A stretch of 64,000 nucleotides of DNA from Eledone cirrhosa (GCA_964016885.1 OZ024741.1:319548001-319612000), one strand, 5' to 3'. Counted from the first letter of the stretch, positions 1-17,157 are shown. The notes: generated by a model from the sequence alone, not told the origin. A program made the numbers and translations.

Positions 1-480
1 CATCATCTATGCGCATCACATGTCTGTATAAATGAAGTCTTCTCTCTTACACACCACCTCGGATTCCTCTAGACCCAGCTGCTTCCTCTGTTCATCCAAG
101 CTCTGTCCTTCTCTCACATTTACATTGCACAACATGGCTGCTTCATTTCTCCCCAGTCTATGCATGTCTTTTGCAGTCACTGCCTCTGTTTTACTACCAT
201 GCAACGCCACACTTCGCACACAGTTATGCTAGGGAGAAACCTTTTGTTGTTGTCAAAACATCCTATCCTTATTCTAGCTATTATGCTCTTAGAGCACCCT
301 TTCTACTGCTGATTAAGTCACCTAGATAGCAGAAACTGTGAACCACTTCTATGGACCCTTCCTGCGACATGAAAAGGTTTATATCACTGCTGCTCTTCTC
401 ATTGATTTTTCCTGTGCAACTACATATAAAGTATTCCCTTCCTCTTAGTCTACCCCTTATCATTGTAGGATTCCCTTGAT
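1..480 (-). mobile_element. Degraded RTE-clade LINE fragment (C-terminal ORF region)
   Basis: ORFs 281..499 (EGSIEVVHSFCYLGDLISS) and 16..219 (LHGSKTEAVTAKDMHRLGRNEAAML) align by eye with the C-terminal part of the RTE ORF at 13601-16256. Confidence 0.8.
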
Positions 481-2236
481 TTTTGTTGCTTAGTCCCAAT
501 TCAACACTGACCGCACCAAGAATTGCTTTGTATATAAGGTACTACATGGTTCAATATGTCTTAAGGCATGAATATAACTTGGTTGCTAGCTGTAGCAGGT
601 TGAGCAAACATGTAAAGATATCCTCATTGATAAGGTTGTTGTTAATGCTGCTATTGGTATTATTGTGTAGTTACAGGTGAGTCCTGTACAGACAGATATA
701 TTATCAAAAGCCTTCTAACTGTGACCATTCTCTTTTATTTTCTGATATTGTGAATCTTGAACATTATTTATTGGTTTCTACTTTTGGCAGGACAAGTAAC
801 CACATAGGATCTTCTTTGTTGTTGTTTAGCCTCAGGTCAACTTGATTGAGCAAAAATATGTTGAAAAGTGTCACCAGCATATCTCTTTCATATCTAAGAC
901 ATAGTTTAATGTGTCTATTTTTAAAGCCGGTTGGGGGGAAGGGGGAAGCATTTGAGAGGGATTTAGCTGCTATTTCTAATACGTTAAGTACCCATTTATA
1001 AACCCTTATAGATTAGGTCAGTGGGTGTAAGCATATACTTATAATATTGAGATGATGCATGTAACTGGTTTTTTATTTTGAATGTCTGTATTTCTATTGT
1101 AGTGTCAGTAACTATATTACTTTGCAAATTATTTGTGATATCTATATGTTGAATGCAAGATTTTATGTAAGTTATATGACCACCATCTCCACTGGAAAAG
1201 TCTCTGTCTAGTCTAATCAGTGTATAGTTTGAAATTGAATTTTTTTATGTGGATTTAAGAATGTTTCTTATTGCCATGTGTACATTGTATGCAGTGATAA
1301 AATTTTCAATTCTATAATGGCGTTTTTAATACCATTAGTGTTGTAGTAAAATGTGACAAATTGGTGAAGTCATTGGATTGTTCGATAAATTGCGTTGTGG
1401 TATTTGTTTTGGCTTTCTACATTCTGGATTAAAATTCCACCAGGGTTTGGGTTTCTTTTCATCCTTTCAAGGTTAATAAATTAAGTACCAGTCAGGAAAG
1501 GTAGATTGACAGAATTGTTGGAGCATCACAGATGATGTCTTGTGATCACCTTTTCTGCTCTTTGATTTCTGCTCTTTGATTTCTGAGTTCACTTGTGATA
1601 TTACTCATGTAAAGCCATAGCAGCTCTTGTCTTTTCTTTGGATAATGTAGGTGGCGTGGAGAGGTGAGAGCTGTATGCATGGGTGATTGAAGGCCTTTCA
1701 CACATACCCGCATACACCCCCCCCCCACACACACACACAAGCATGGAGATGCTCACACACACACATAGAAACCTTGTCTAGGCTTGCACCATGGAGAGGA
1801 AATTTCCAGGCACAGATCTATGGTGACATGAAACATACAGAGCTATTTAAATTGGTGTAGTGTAGAATATTTAGATTTTTTTTTGTCTGTGACTGTGACT
1901 AAAAAGCAAATATTTTTAAACAGAATTCCTTGTTACATATTTTCGATTCACTGCTGTAAGGTTGTGCATTTCTTTGGATTGTTTGTACATAATGTTTGCT
2001 GGTGTTTGTGGAAAGATTTGAAGACTGTAAGAATCTTACCTATGGAAGAGTACTAGAGCCTCTTTTTGCATAGAAATTTAGTTTCTACCATTCCTGTACA
2101 TAGAAAATTTATGTTTACAATGGCATTTTACTTATGACTATCCTGTTTCTTTAGCTAGCATATTATATTGGTTGTATGTTTATTCTGTTTTCTCATATAT
2201 ATATATATATGTATATAATATATATATATATATGAG

Positions 2237-2290
<54 letters not shown>

Positions 2291-2296
2291 ATATAT

Positions 2297-2672
2297 CATC
2301 ATCATTCATCATCATCGTTTAACGTCCATCTTCCACGCTAGCATGGGTTTGGGCGGGAATTTTCTCAATTGAGGCAAGATTGGTTGTCTTGCTCGTATAG
2401 GACTGTCTGGCGGGTTTTCTACGGCTGGATGCCCTTCCTAACACCAACCACGTTTACAGTGTGGACTGGGAGGTTTTTACCGTGTTACCTACATGGCCAC
2501 ATTACAGCGTGGACTGTGTGTTTTTTTGTCGTGACACCTACACGACCTCATTTATTTAGGACTGGATGTTGTGGTACCAACATAACTTTACATTGAAATA
2601 GGGGGGGGGGGGTGTAGGTGGGGGGGGGGGGGGTTAGTGGGACAGGGGTGTATTTTTGTAAGAGGTGCCTAC
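2297..2672 (-). mobile_element. 5'-truncated RTE LINE 3'UTR with (GAT)n tail
   Basis: Reverse-complement similarity to 16250-16611. Shorter copies at ~5548-5764(+), 19867-19935(+), 22665-22770(-), 23890-24087(-), 38780-39037(+), 60610-60855(-). Confidence 0.85.
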
Positions 2673-2676
2673 TGAC

Positions 2677-2718
<42 letters not shown>

Positions 2719-3006
2719 ATCTTGTAAATTCATTAGCTTACTTTCTGACTTTCTTATATCATTGTCCCTACATATATATGCATGGTATTGGATACATTTA
2801 CTAATTACATTTGCAGGTAATATTTACTGATGTATTATTGTAGTATCGCTCCTAAAAGAATTTAAAACCAGAAATTTTAATTTAGTAGAGTTGGCTTAAA
2901 GACTTGATACTGAGCTATTTCTAGCATTCCTGTGGGCATGTGTATTTGCCAGAGAATATGATTGATACTTTAGATATTGATCAAAAACTTAATATGTATA
3001 TATATA

Positions 3007-4339
3007 CAGGGTGTGGACGATATTTGTTCGCAATTTCAAACTGCTAATTTTATGCAAATTTTTTTTACTTCCGTTGTCACTCTTGTCTTCATAAAAACAG
3101 TGACTATATTTCCATTATTTATCCTTGTGCCAAAAGTAGAAACAATTATTTATTTTCAGAATAATTGATCATGAATAATTTTGAACCTCCAAATTTGTGG
3201 AAGAGACACGGAGTTCTTCTTGGAATCCACGCCGGGAGGACAAATAAGGAAATTTCAGACTTTCTCAGCGTCAGCAGGAGAATGGTGGAAAAGGTCAGAA
3301 AGGAATTGGAAAATTCAGGATCCGACTACGAAGCAACATCAGAGAGGAAAACATATGATCGACGATCTGACGCCTTCAGAACGCCCGAGTTCGTCGCTGA
3401 AGTTCAGGATATCATCAACAATGAACCTAGGAAGTCGATGCATGCCATTGCAAGGGAGAAAGGCGTGGATGAAAAGCTCATTAGGCTGGTGGTACATGAA
3501 GACATTCGCTACGTTTCATAGAAGATGAGGAAAGGACAATTTCTGTCAAAGGCGATGCAAGAAAAGCGACTGAAGCAAGCAAAGAAGCTGATCAACAAGT
3601 TGAAACACCCACTGGAGCCAGACATGCTGTGGTTTTTCTCCGATGAGAAAAACTTCTGCCAAGACCAGAATATCAACTTCCAGAACAACAGGTGGCTCGC
3701 TGTCTCATCCAAAGACGTGCCCAGAGTCATGCAGACAAAGTTTCCAGTGACAACATTGGTCTTATGTGTCGTCAGTAGTCAAGGTGACGTCGTGCCACCT
3801 CACTTTTTCCCTGAGGGCCTCAAGCTGAACACCGATGGCTACATCCGCGTTCTGAGTGAGGTAGTAAAGCCCTGGATCGACCAGGTAGCTGCAGGTAGGC
3901 CGTACGTGTGGCATCAAGACTCAGATCCCTACCATACCAGCCGAAAGACCCAAGCCTCGCTGTAAGAGAACTGCGTTGACCACACTTCACCTGACATTTG
4001 GCCTCCCAGCTCGCCTGACTGCAACACTCTCGACTTCTTTGTGTGGGGCGCAGTGGAACGAGACACCAACAGATCTAGCTGCAATACGAAAGATGATCTG
4101 AAGGCCAGGATCGCAAGTGCCTTTAGGGGCCTAAGTCGGGGGACAGTGACGAAGGCCTGTAGCCGGTTCCGAGGCCACCTTGAGGCCATCATCAAAGCCA
4201 ATGGCGGGTTTATCGAGTGAGATCGAAAGAACAAGTCATGAAGACAAACTGACCCAAGTTTGATGAATATACCTTAAAAAATAAAACTACTGTGTTAACT
4301 TTTCCTAGACTAATCTTGCGAACAAATATCATCCGCACC

Positions 4340-4342
<3 letters not shown>
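3007..4342 (+). mobile_element. Tc1/mariner DNA transposon, DD37D (maT-type), full length, inactivated
   Basis: 27-bp TIRs CAGGGTGYGGAYGATATTTGTTCGCAA with TA on both sides. Transposase 3165-~4220 is broken by in-frame stops at ~3519 and ~3963. Motifs FSDEK, WHQD and SPDCNxLD, with 37 residues between D2 and D3. Confidence 0.93.
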
Positions 4343-4406
<64 letters not shown>

Positions 4407-4408
<2 letters not shown>

Positions 4409-4601
4409 GAAGGAGGTGTGGTAAGGAACCAGATGGACCATAACACACCAGAGTACTCAATACTTAGGGTAGTAGAGTGGGTAATAGGAAAAAGTTTAAC
4501 TCCGACGGCAGAGCTCAAGCCGTTTCGACGGCTATTTCTGGACGCAGAAATAGCCGTTGAAACGGCTTGAGCTCTGCCGTCGGGGTTAAACTTTTTCCTA
4601 T
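4407..4601. mobile_element. Fold-back insertion in (TA)n, PLE pLTR-like
   Basis: 57-bp arms 4484-4540 and 4545-4601 with 2 mismatches and a 4-nt loop. ~77-nt one-sided tail at 4407-4483. TA tracts on both sides. Confidence 0.75.
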
Positions 4602-4617
4602 ATATATATATATATAT

Positions 4618-5534
4618 ATATTGTTATACTTGGGGAGGGTCATATTTGTGTAATATTGCCGGGATTAATAACAGAATACATTCACTGTTTGGTTGGTTTT
4701 CGCTTCTCGCTTCTGTGTCTTTTATATCGGTAATCTAACTTACTCGGTCCTCAATGTTGCCATTGACTGACCAACGGTCAAAAATAATACAGATACAATA
4801 TAGACACAAACACATATATATAGTTTATCATAAATCTTTCGTTGCACATCTGCAACATCATCAGTGGTGTTATCGTTTCCTCCTGTTGTATTATATGTCT
4901 ACGCCATTTTTATTCAGTCTGTCTATATATTTATTTATTTATTTGCTTGTTTGTTTATTTTATTTTGTCTTCTTTGCGCATGCGTTTGCGTGTGTGTATA
5001 GTGTTTTATTTGCTGTGTGATGGGTGACTAGTGTGTGTTTATGTGTTTGTTGTTATTGTGTTTGTGTATGTATTCATTTATTTATTTATTTATTTTATTT
5101 TATTTTATTTACTTAGTTATACTTCTCTTGGGTCAGTGTTGTTTGTTTGGGTGTTGTTGTTATTCCATTCATTCTTTCTGTTTAGTCTTGCCCTTCTAAT
5201 TTCTATTTCACTGGCCTCTCTGATTTGCCTATCTGCTGGGTCATTTCTATGTTTAGATATTATTCTAATTTCTATGTTGTCTATGTTACCGTCATGTTGT
5301 TGTCTAGCATGTTCGTATAGTACTGACCCGTTTTTCGTCCTTTTAGTTCCCCCCAGTGTTGGTCTATCCTTTGCGAAAACCAACGAAACAGTGTTGGTCT
5401 ATCCTTTGCGAAAACCAACCAAACAGTGAGTGTGTTCTGTTATTAATTCTGGCAATATTACACAAATATGACCCTCCCCAAGTATAACAATATTTGTTTC
5501 GACACACGATTTCATATAAAAAACCTCGCAAAAC
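4618..5534 (-). mobile_element. Truncated Naiad-type PLE (second family) with short inverted pLTR and tail
   Basis: ORF 5117..5383 (SVLYEHARQQH...RQIREASEI...LNRKNEWN) is homologous to the GIY-YIG C-terminus of ORF 53141..55114. Inverted arms 4618-4703 and 5408-5493. Terminus gaccctcccMaagtataacaatat is shared with 55506-55528. Hammerhead-like core at ~4826-4869(-). Confidence 0.85.
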
Positions 5535-5889
5535 TATATATATATATACTGTAATGTGGCCGTGTAGGCAACACGGTAAAAACCTCCCAGCCCCACACTG
5601 TAAATGTGGTTGGTGTTAGGAAGGGCATCCAACTGTAGAAAACCCGCCAGACAGTCCTATGCGAGCAAGACAACCACTTTTGCCTCAAGTGGGAAAACCC
5701 CCGTCCAAACCCATGCAAGCGTGGAACACGGACGCTAAACCTGATGATGATGATGATGATGATGTTTCATAGAAATGTAGGAAACTTAGACGTAGAAAAT
5801 AATCGTAAATACAGTTGGTTGTTATAAATAGATTAAAGCTATTTATAACAGTCACCTGTTAAAGACCCTTTATAAATATAAGTATACAC

Positions 5890-5996
<107 letters not shown>

Positions 5997-6014
5997 CATA
6001 TATATATATGTATA

Positions 6015-6200
6015 TGAAAGGTAAACAGAAATAACGCAATCGGTACAGTATATGGAAGGAATATATTAGGTTAACACTTGAAATAGCAAGAAGAGAGAGA
6101 GTCTTAACGTTTTGGACGCTAGTCCTTCATCAGAAGAAAGAATGAGAAATATGATAGATTGAAGGGATGAGCGGGGTAGAATTGGAAAAAATGTCTTTAT
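6015..6200 (-). mobile_element. PLE pLTR remnant with decayed hammerhead core
   Basis: Minus strand reads CTGATGAAGGACtagcGTCCAAAACGTTA (G12 changed to A). A related copy lies at ~44740-44860(+). Confidence 0.55.
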
Positions 6201-6861
6201 ATATATATATATATATCATCACCATTTAATGTTCATTTTTCCATGCTAGTGTGGGTTAGACGAGTTGACTAGTGAAACAAGCCAGATCAGATGACCATGT
6301 CTTGCTCATACAGAACTGATTTTTGCTCGGTTTCTACGACTGGATGCTCTTCCTAATGCTTACCAAATTTACAGAGTGTAATGAGTGCTTTTTGTTGTGA
6401 CACCTATATGACCACTTTACAGTGTTGATTGGGTGCTTTCTATAAGTGCTAAATCTATATAGGCTTTAGACTATTTTCATCTCAGTACCGGTTGAATGAA
6501 TGTTATTGTTGAGAGAGTAAGGAATCTTGAAATAGGTGTGGCATTCTTATCAGCTACTAAGATATCTGTGACATGTTCACAGAACAAAAGAGAAAGAAAT
6601 GTTTCATGATGAAATAATATTTTTCTTGGATAGCGAGGCTACCATATATCTATTGTATATAAACATATAGTATATGCTCTCATATACATTCTTATATATA
6701 TATATGTGTGTCCAGCTATAGAGACAACTTGTCTAACCCATGCTAGTGTGGAAAAATGGATGTTAAATGATGATGATGATGATGATATGCATGTTGAAAT
6801 ATAAACATGTTGAAATATAAACAGAAACTTTGTTGTAATATTGACTAAATTATATAGTCTA

Positions 6862-7056
6862 ATAATTGTTTCTACTTTTGGCACAAGGCCAGCAATTACC
6901 CCAGTGCGTGACTGGTACTTTATTTTATCAACCCCGTAAGGATGAAAGGCAGAGTTAACTGCAGCAGGATTTGAACTCAGATCATAAAGGGCCGTAACTC
7001 TATGCTGCAAAGCATGGCGTCCGACCCTCTACCGATACTGCCAATCCACTGCCCAA
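6862..7056 (-). mobile_element. SINE with (ATT)n tail
   Basis: Similar to 29405-29607: B-box GAGTTCAAATCC, body gcctttcatccttacggggtcgataaaataaagtaccagt, end ggccttgtgccaaaagtagaaacaattatt. Confidence 0.85.
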
Positions 7057-7144
7057 TAATGGGACATATAAACTCACTGAATGGAAAAAGATGGGTATCA
7101 GCACACTTTCTGTTCAGTGGGTTTAAATGACTCCTTTTTAGACT

Positions 7145-7330
7145 GGAATGGCAGTATCGGTAGAGCGTCAGACACCATGCTTTGCATCACAGAGTTATGG
7201 TCCTTTACGTTCAGAGTTGAAATCCCGCCGAGGTTAGCTTTGCCTTTCATCCTTACGGGGTCGATAGAATAAAGCACCAGTAATGCACTGGAGTAATTGC
7301 TGGCCTTGTGCCAAATTAGAAAAAATTATT
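7145..7330 (+). mobile_element. SINE with (ATT)n tail
   Basis: Same family as 6862-7056 in the opposite orientation, about 90 bp away. Confidence 0.85.
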
Positions 7331-9040
7331 TTGTCAATGTTATGACAAAGCTTCGATTTCTATTTCAATTCTAAACTTGGCTTGCCATTTTCCAAACATA
7401 CTTCCATATATATATATGTATATATATATATATTTGGATGTAAATATTTTTTCTTTTGAGAGCCGCTGGTGGTTTCCTTTGGGATTAGGTGGTAAGAGGT
7501 TGTGTGTGTGTGTTTGTGTTTATGTGGTTGTGTATTCATGTATGTGAGATATTTGCAGTGACTTGTAATAGATTTCCAATCCATTGTAGTCTATAAAGCA
7601 CGAGGGGGGGGGGGGGGGCTGAAGTAGTGCGAGGAAGAAATAAAAGTGTGAAAGGAAGTTTATGATTCTTTTATTAGGAAGTTTAAAGTGGATAATTTTG
7701 GAAGAGTCATAAATTTCAGAAAGCAAAATAGAGTTAGAAATCAGTTATATAACTTTATCAAACAAGTATATGCTGCACACACATTGTGTGTGTTTGTATA
7801 TATATCCGTATATATGTTTTTGTATATATATATATATATGTATATCTACATATGTATAAATATATATATATATATATGTGTGTGTGTGTATATATATGTA
7901 TATGTGTGTATATTTATATATGTGTGTATATATATGTGTGTGTAAACATTGATGCATTTTAAGCACTCAATGTCCTGTTGTTTCTTCCAAATAAAAATGA
8001 TGGAATATATTTAGAATAAAGAAAATGCGAAGTTTGTTGGAGATCTTAAAGAGTCCATTATTGATAAGGCTGTGATACATATTTCAATGACAACAGAGGC
8101 CATATGATGTCATGTAACCAGTGTAATGATCTCATCAATAAAGTTGCATTCCGGAGGCAATCCAAACAAAAGCGGCAAGGGAATGGACAAAAACAATGTT
8201 TTTGAAGCCTTTATCTGTTCCCTTGTGAGCTTCAGTTCTCCTCCACAGTTTTGTGCAAGTGTAAATGTGAAGGACCTTGATCAACTACAACCCAAACCAA
8301 TGCCAGCCTAGGCAAGCCTCTCCCCCCCCCCTATCCCAGCAGGTGTGATGACACTGTCACAGAGTTTAAGTCAGCCAATATGTTATAGTTTACTGCTAAT
8401 CCAGTGTCAAGCAGCAGCAGATCAGAATTCTGTGGTAGGGTATGTGTCACTACTACCCATATTTATGTTGGAACAATACTATTGACTGTTGTCTGCACAG
8501 TGAAAAAATAACTTTGTGGGTCTAGACATTAGGGTTTCATATTGAATATTGAAATTGGAAATAAGATTGAAAATTAGAAATTGAAAATTAAAAATAAAAA
8601 AAACATCTATTGGAGATAATAAAAAAGATGGGAAATGTATAAACTAGAGATAGAAATAATGAAATGGGGTTCAATATTTCATATTAAATATTAAGAACTA
8701 GTGATTAACAAGTGAATGCTTCATATTACATGAAGAATATTATCCATATATTGTATGATAGTTAAGCAGAGAAACCCATTAATAGGTTTGCTATGAAGCC
8801 AGACGAGAAAATACTGAGCACCATAATGAAAAATAGAAGATGAATTTAAAGTATAGGACGTAATAATTAAACAATCAATTAGTTAATATCTCAGTCTATT
8901 ACATGAATAAATAAAAACAAAAATACATAGATACAAAATGAGAGAAAAATATTATATAAGAGAAAAAATTTTGGAATGCACAATCTTGATGTTATTGTTT
9001 TATTGCAATTGATATTGTTGCTGTTATTGATGATTAGCCT

Positions 9041-9152
<112 letters not shown>

Positions 9153-10184
9153 AGGTGGAAATAAGGTTAGAGGTGATGAGTTATAGAGAATTCTGTTACA
9201 TTCACAGTGCAGTGGGTATTTTGGTAAATTTTGTCCAAGTAAAGTGCACATAAAATTCCCTGTTTGTCCATCATTGGATAAAGTGAGAGGAGATTTCAGT
9301 TCCAGGCCTTCGTGCGAAAAAAAGGGTGTTACAGGGAAATAAGATGTTTTACATTGCTTTTGGTCCTTTTAGTTATCTGGTCAAAAGTTTGTTCTTAATT
9401 TTATGTCCATTCACTGGCAGGGATATCCAATATGTGTAATTGGTCCCCACAGTAAAGGGAATTTCCAATATAGTTGGTAGCTGATGTCCTGACTTCATCA
9501 TATTTAGCTCCTATATGTTGAGCGCTTTATGGTGTAACCGATATATATGATGAAGAATACTCAATACTGAAGTAGAGTTTAAATATTCCTTTATCATGGC
9601 TTAGTAATGAGTCTTGTTTCTCTGGAGTTTCACCTGCATACTCATAGAATCATCAGAGTTTGCAGGTTAAACTGCAGATTAACAAGACTCACTGTGCAGG
9701 TTGGTTCTTGGTTTAGGTTGCTTGCTGTGTGTTTTGTGGACTTGGACCATTGGCAGTTTTATTTGTGTGTATGTGTAAATATATATATCATCATCATCGT
9801 TTTATATCTATTCTTCCACGCTAGCATAGGTTAAATGGGTTGTCCTGTTGTGGGCAATGCCAGGTCAGATGACCATGTCTATACATGCATACAAAATTAT
9901 ATATGTGATAGTATGTATGTGTGGGTGAGTGTATGTGTGGTGGTCGAAGGCGGGGGTCTGTGTATCTATGTGTGTACATGCATTCTTTAGTTCTCCAGTT
10001 TGTTTTAGCCATGCACTGCCATGACAAATGTATAAAGAGGTTCCTAGTTGTTTCAGTCTGCAGTTTATTTGCTTTGTGGAATATTTTCACAATTCTTCTT
10101 GTTGATGAATAAGATATGGATTTTGTGCACACTAGAGTTGTGAGCAGCTGTTTAATCTAATTACAGCAGTTCAATTTGATTGCT

Positions 10185-10430
10185 AGACCTGGTAGGAATA
10201 GCAACTAAATCTTCCTCAAATCACTGCCCAACATCTTAGAAACAGATGGATGTATTCGAAAATCTAGTCTTAGATTCACATAGTGAATCTCAGATTATCT
10301 TATAAAAAAAAGATAATGTCCTAGATACATTGTATGAAAAAAGATGGATGGTATGGCTGAAAAGCTTCTGATCATGATATGTCTGCTCACCAGTGCTAAC
10401 ATTGGGGCTAATCATCAATAACAGCAACAA
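10185..10430 (+). repeat. Old interspersed repeat ending in an (AAC)n-like tail
   Basis: Similar segments (gacctgctagaaatagcagccaaat...gggctaaacaac) at ~640-780(-), 815-990(-), 26115-26290(+) and 46485-46670(+). Confidence 0.55.
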
Positions 10431-11340
10431 TATCAATTGCAATAAAACAATAATAACATCAAGATTGTGCATTCCAAAAGGTTAAAAATTAATCTCCTGT
10501 AGTGATCTAAATTTCTCAGTACTCAGACATCCGACATTCTTGGTGCCCTTACTCACTGCTATAAGGGTTGGAGTAGACCACCCACAGGAGTGAGCCCTGT
10601 GAGTTGGAATTGCTATTTCAATATATCTTCATCATTATCCTCTGAGGCAATGCTTTCTCCATTCTGTCAGTTGGGACCACGAAGCGGATTACACCTGGGA
10701 TTCTACATGTTAGGAAGCTACATTTGTTCAGGAAATTGTAATTTGACAGCCTATCCACGGATTTGGGGAGAGATGCAACTTTCATTTCCTTTAGTGTTTT
10801 CTGTATGTAAATAAGAACACTGATGTTTTGTGACATTGAATGACTATTTGCCAGATAATATACAGTGTCTAGATAGTAGTGTATAGGTAGTGTCTTTATT
10901 TGTCTTAATTTCTAGTGTTGTCTACATAGTTGTGCACTGGCATTCGTTCCACCTCTCTAAAGTCAAGTCATGCCAATGTCAACTTTGCCTTTCCTCTATT
11001 TTCAGGGCGATAAAAATATTTCCAATATTGGAATTGGTTTTTTTCTCTATATCCGTTTCTCACATCTCTCAATTTCTCATTCATTCTCCTCTGAATGGAA
11101 TTGGTTGTGTCAAAACCTGGAGCATGGTTGGACTCAGTCTGGTTTAAAATGCTCAAGATATGCTATATATCAAGACGGCACTCCTATGACTCCATCAGGA
11201 ATTATGGGTCTATACAACAAATAGATAGTTGTGGAACACGATTGATTGGAGGTTTTAATCTATAACGGGATGTGAAGAAATTTGGCAACTTCCCAACATT
11301 CCTGTTTGTTTGTAGTGTAAAACACCATAGTCAGCTTAAT

Positions 11341-11384
<44 letters not shown>

Positions 11385-11385
<1 letters not shown>

Positions 11386-12016
11386 ATCTAAGGCGGGTAA
11401 AATTCCCGAGATCCATGGACGAGTTCTCTCCAGCGGTCTCTGTCCCTCATTATCGCTGCCATGTCCTGCGTCTCCAACAGACCAGTGTCTGTCCTTAGGG
11501 CATCAACATATGTTAACCTTGGTCTTCCGCTTCTAGTGTGTCCATGTAGGGGCTCCCACAGGAGCACTGAGTGCAATGTCAACTCTGGATGTCGGTGAGC
11601 ATGTCCAGCTAACCTAAGTCTCCTCTGTGTCACTTTTGAGCTGACTTTTGGGATGCTCCCATACAGCTGGTAGAGAATGTTGAGAAGTCAGAGGGGATCA
11701 CTAATGTAGGCGGGAAGCCGCTGGAATTGGTTGAGGGCTTCCTGTATTTGGGAGCAAAGATTGGGAATACGGAAGATGATGTGGTTGAGAGGAAGAGCAA
11801 GGCCTGGGCGGCGTGCCACAGCTTGAGATCGGTGTGGAAGTCGGAACTTCGTAGAGACCTGAAGGTCCGCCTCTTCATTGCTGTAGTGGAGTCTATACTG
11901 CTGTATGGGTCTGAGACTTGGACACTGACCAAGAAACTCACTCAGATGGTGGATGGGTGCTACACGAGAATGCTGAGGATGGCTCTGAACATTAATCAGT
12001 ATACACTGAGGATGAA
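11385..12016. mobile_element. RTE-like LINE 3' fragment with internal inversion
   Basis: Plus strand 11727..~12015 encodes FLYLG..AWAAC..LLYGSETWTLT..YTRMLRMALNI. Minus strand 11388..~11665 encodes the downstream RRLRLAGH..LLWEP..GRPRLTYVD..DRDRWR terminus. TA tracts on both sides. Confidence 0.8.
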
Positions 12017-12048
<32 letters not shown>

Positions 12049-12117
12049 GTATATATATATCATCATCATCATCATCATCATCTTCGTTTAACGTCCATTT
12101 TCCACGCTAGCATGGGG

Positions 12118-12147
<30 letters not shown>

Positions 12148-12149
<2 letters not shown>

Positions 12150-12751
12150 AATGTAAGTATGTATGTATACGTACATACATATATGTATACAGACGTACAG
12201 TAGCATGCATATATATATATATATATATATACATACAGGTACACATACATATATGCACGCATCAGTTTAGCGGACGCTTATTATAACGCCGCTTTGTTCG
12301 TTTGTCAACAAACTGAACAGCCTGCATTTATGCCATACGGTGTTAAGGCAACCACGTCACCTTTTTGTTCAACACTGACACAGGAACGATGTACTAGTTT
12401 CAAGCTTGTTAGCTATCATCAGCACCGTTTACCCATCTGCCAGATAGTTAAACGTTCGAAAGTATATACTTTCCTTATGAAAATTAACGGCTGAGCAGCC
12501 TAATTTGCATATTGAGTGAGTTAAATTCAGGCTGTTCAGTTTGTTGACAAACGAACAAAGCGGCGTTATAATAAGCGTCCGCTAAACTGATGCGTGCATA
12601 TATGTATGTGTACCTGTATGTATATATATATATATGCATGCTACTGTACGTCTGTATACATATATGTATGTACATATACATACATACTTACATTTAAGTA
12701 AGTGCCATACTAAGAGTGAGAAATGAAATTTCGTTTTCATTTTTTTCAACT

Positions 12752-12752
<1 letters not shown>
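12148..12752. mobile_element. Fold-back PLE-type insertion with hammerhead
   Basis: Arms 12148-12324 and 12528-12696, tail 12697-12752, hammerhead on the - strand in the spacer. A related diverged sequence lies at ~45480-45750. Confidence 0.8.
12388..12426 (-). ncRNA. Minimal type-I hammerhead ribozyme motif
   Basis: GGUG-CUGAUGA-U-AGCU..AGCU-U-GAA-ACUAGU-A-CAUC: stem I GGUG/CAUC, palindromic stem III, GUA triplet. Confidence 0.75.
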
Positions 12753-12788
<36 letters not shown>

Positions 12789-12827
12789 GTATATATGTAT
12801 ATATGTATATATATATATATATGTATA

Positions 12828-16611
<3,784 letters not shown>

Positions 16612-16633
16612 TATACATACATACATACATACA

Positions 16634-16667
<34 letters not shown>

Positions 16668-16668
16668 C

Positions 16669-16755
<87 letters not shown>

Positions 16756-16757
16756 AT

Positions 16758-17103
16758 GGAGGCACATGGCTCAGTGGTTAGAGCATTGGGCTTGCAATCG
16801 AAAGGTTGTGAGTTCAATTCTGAAACCGGGTGTTGTGTTGTTTCCTTGAGCAAGACACTTTATTTCACATTGCTCCAGTTTACTCAGCTGTAGAAATGAG
16901 ATGATAGGGACTGGGGTCCATATCATTTCACTGCAAAGTGGTCGTGTAGGTGCCACGGCAAAAAAGCACCCAGCACTCACTGTAAATGAGGTTGGTGTTA
17001 GGAAGGGCATCCAGCTGTAGAAATCAAGCCAGCATCAATTCCCGTCCCACCCTTGCAAGCAGGGAAAAGCGGACGTAAAATGAAATGATGATGATGATGA
17101 TGA
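16758..17103 (+). mobile_element. tRNA-derived SINE with RTE-type 3' tail
   Basis: A box TGGCTCAGTGG, B box GAGTTCAATTC, central domain, tail ccttgcaagcagggaaaagcggacgtaaaatg(atg)n matching the RTE end at 58011-58075(-). Confidence 0.9.
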
Positions 17104-17117
17104 TATATATATATGTG

Positions 17118-17157
<40 letters not shown>

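Noticed and set aside
5766-5870. Weak fold-backs here and at ~26470-26620
   Set aside because: Arms are too short or too diverged to delimit, so they were not counted.
16758-16830. tRNA gene
   Set aside because: SINE head: acceptor and anticodon stems do not pair properly, and it runs into a multicopy body.
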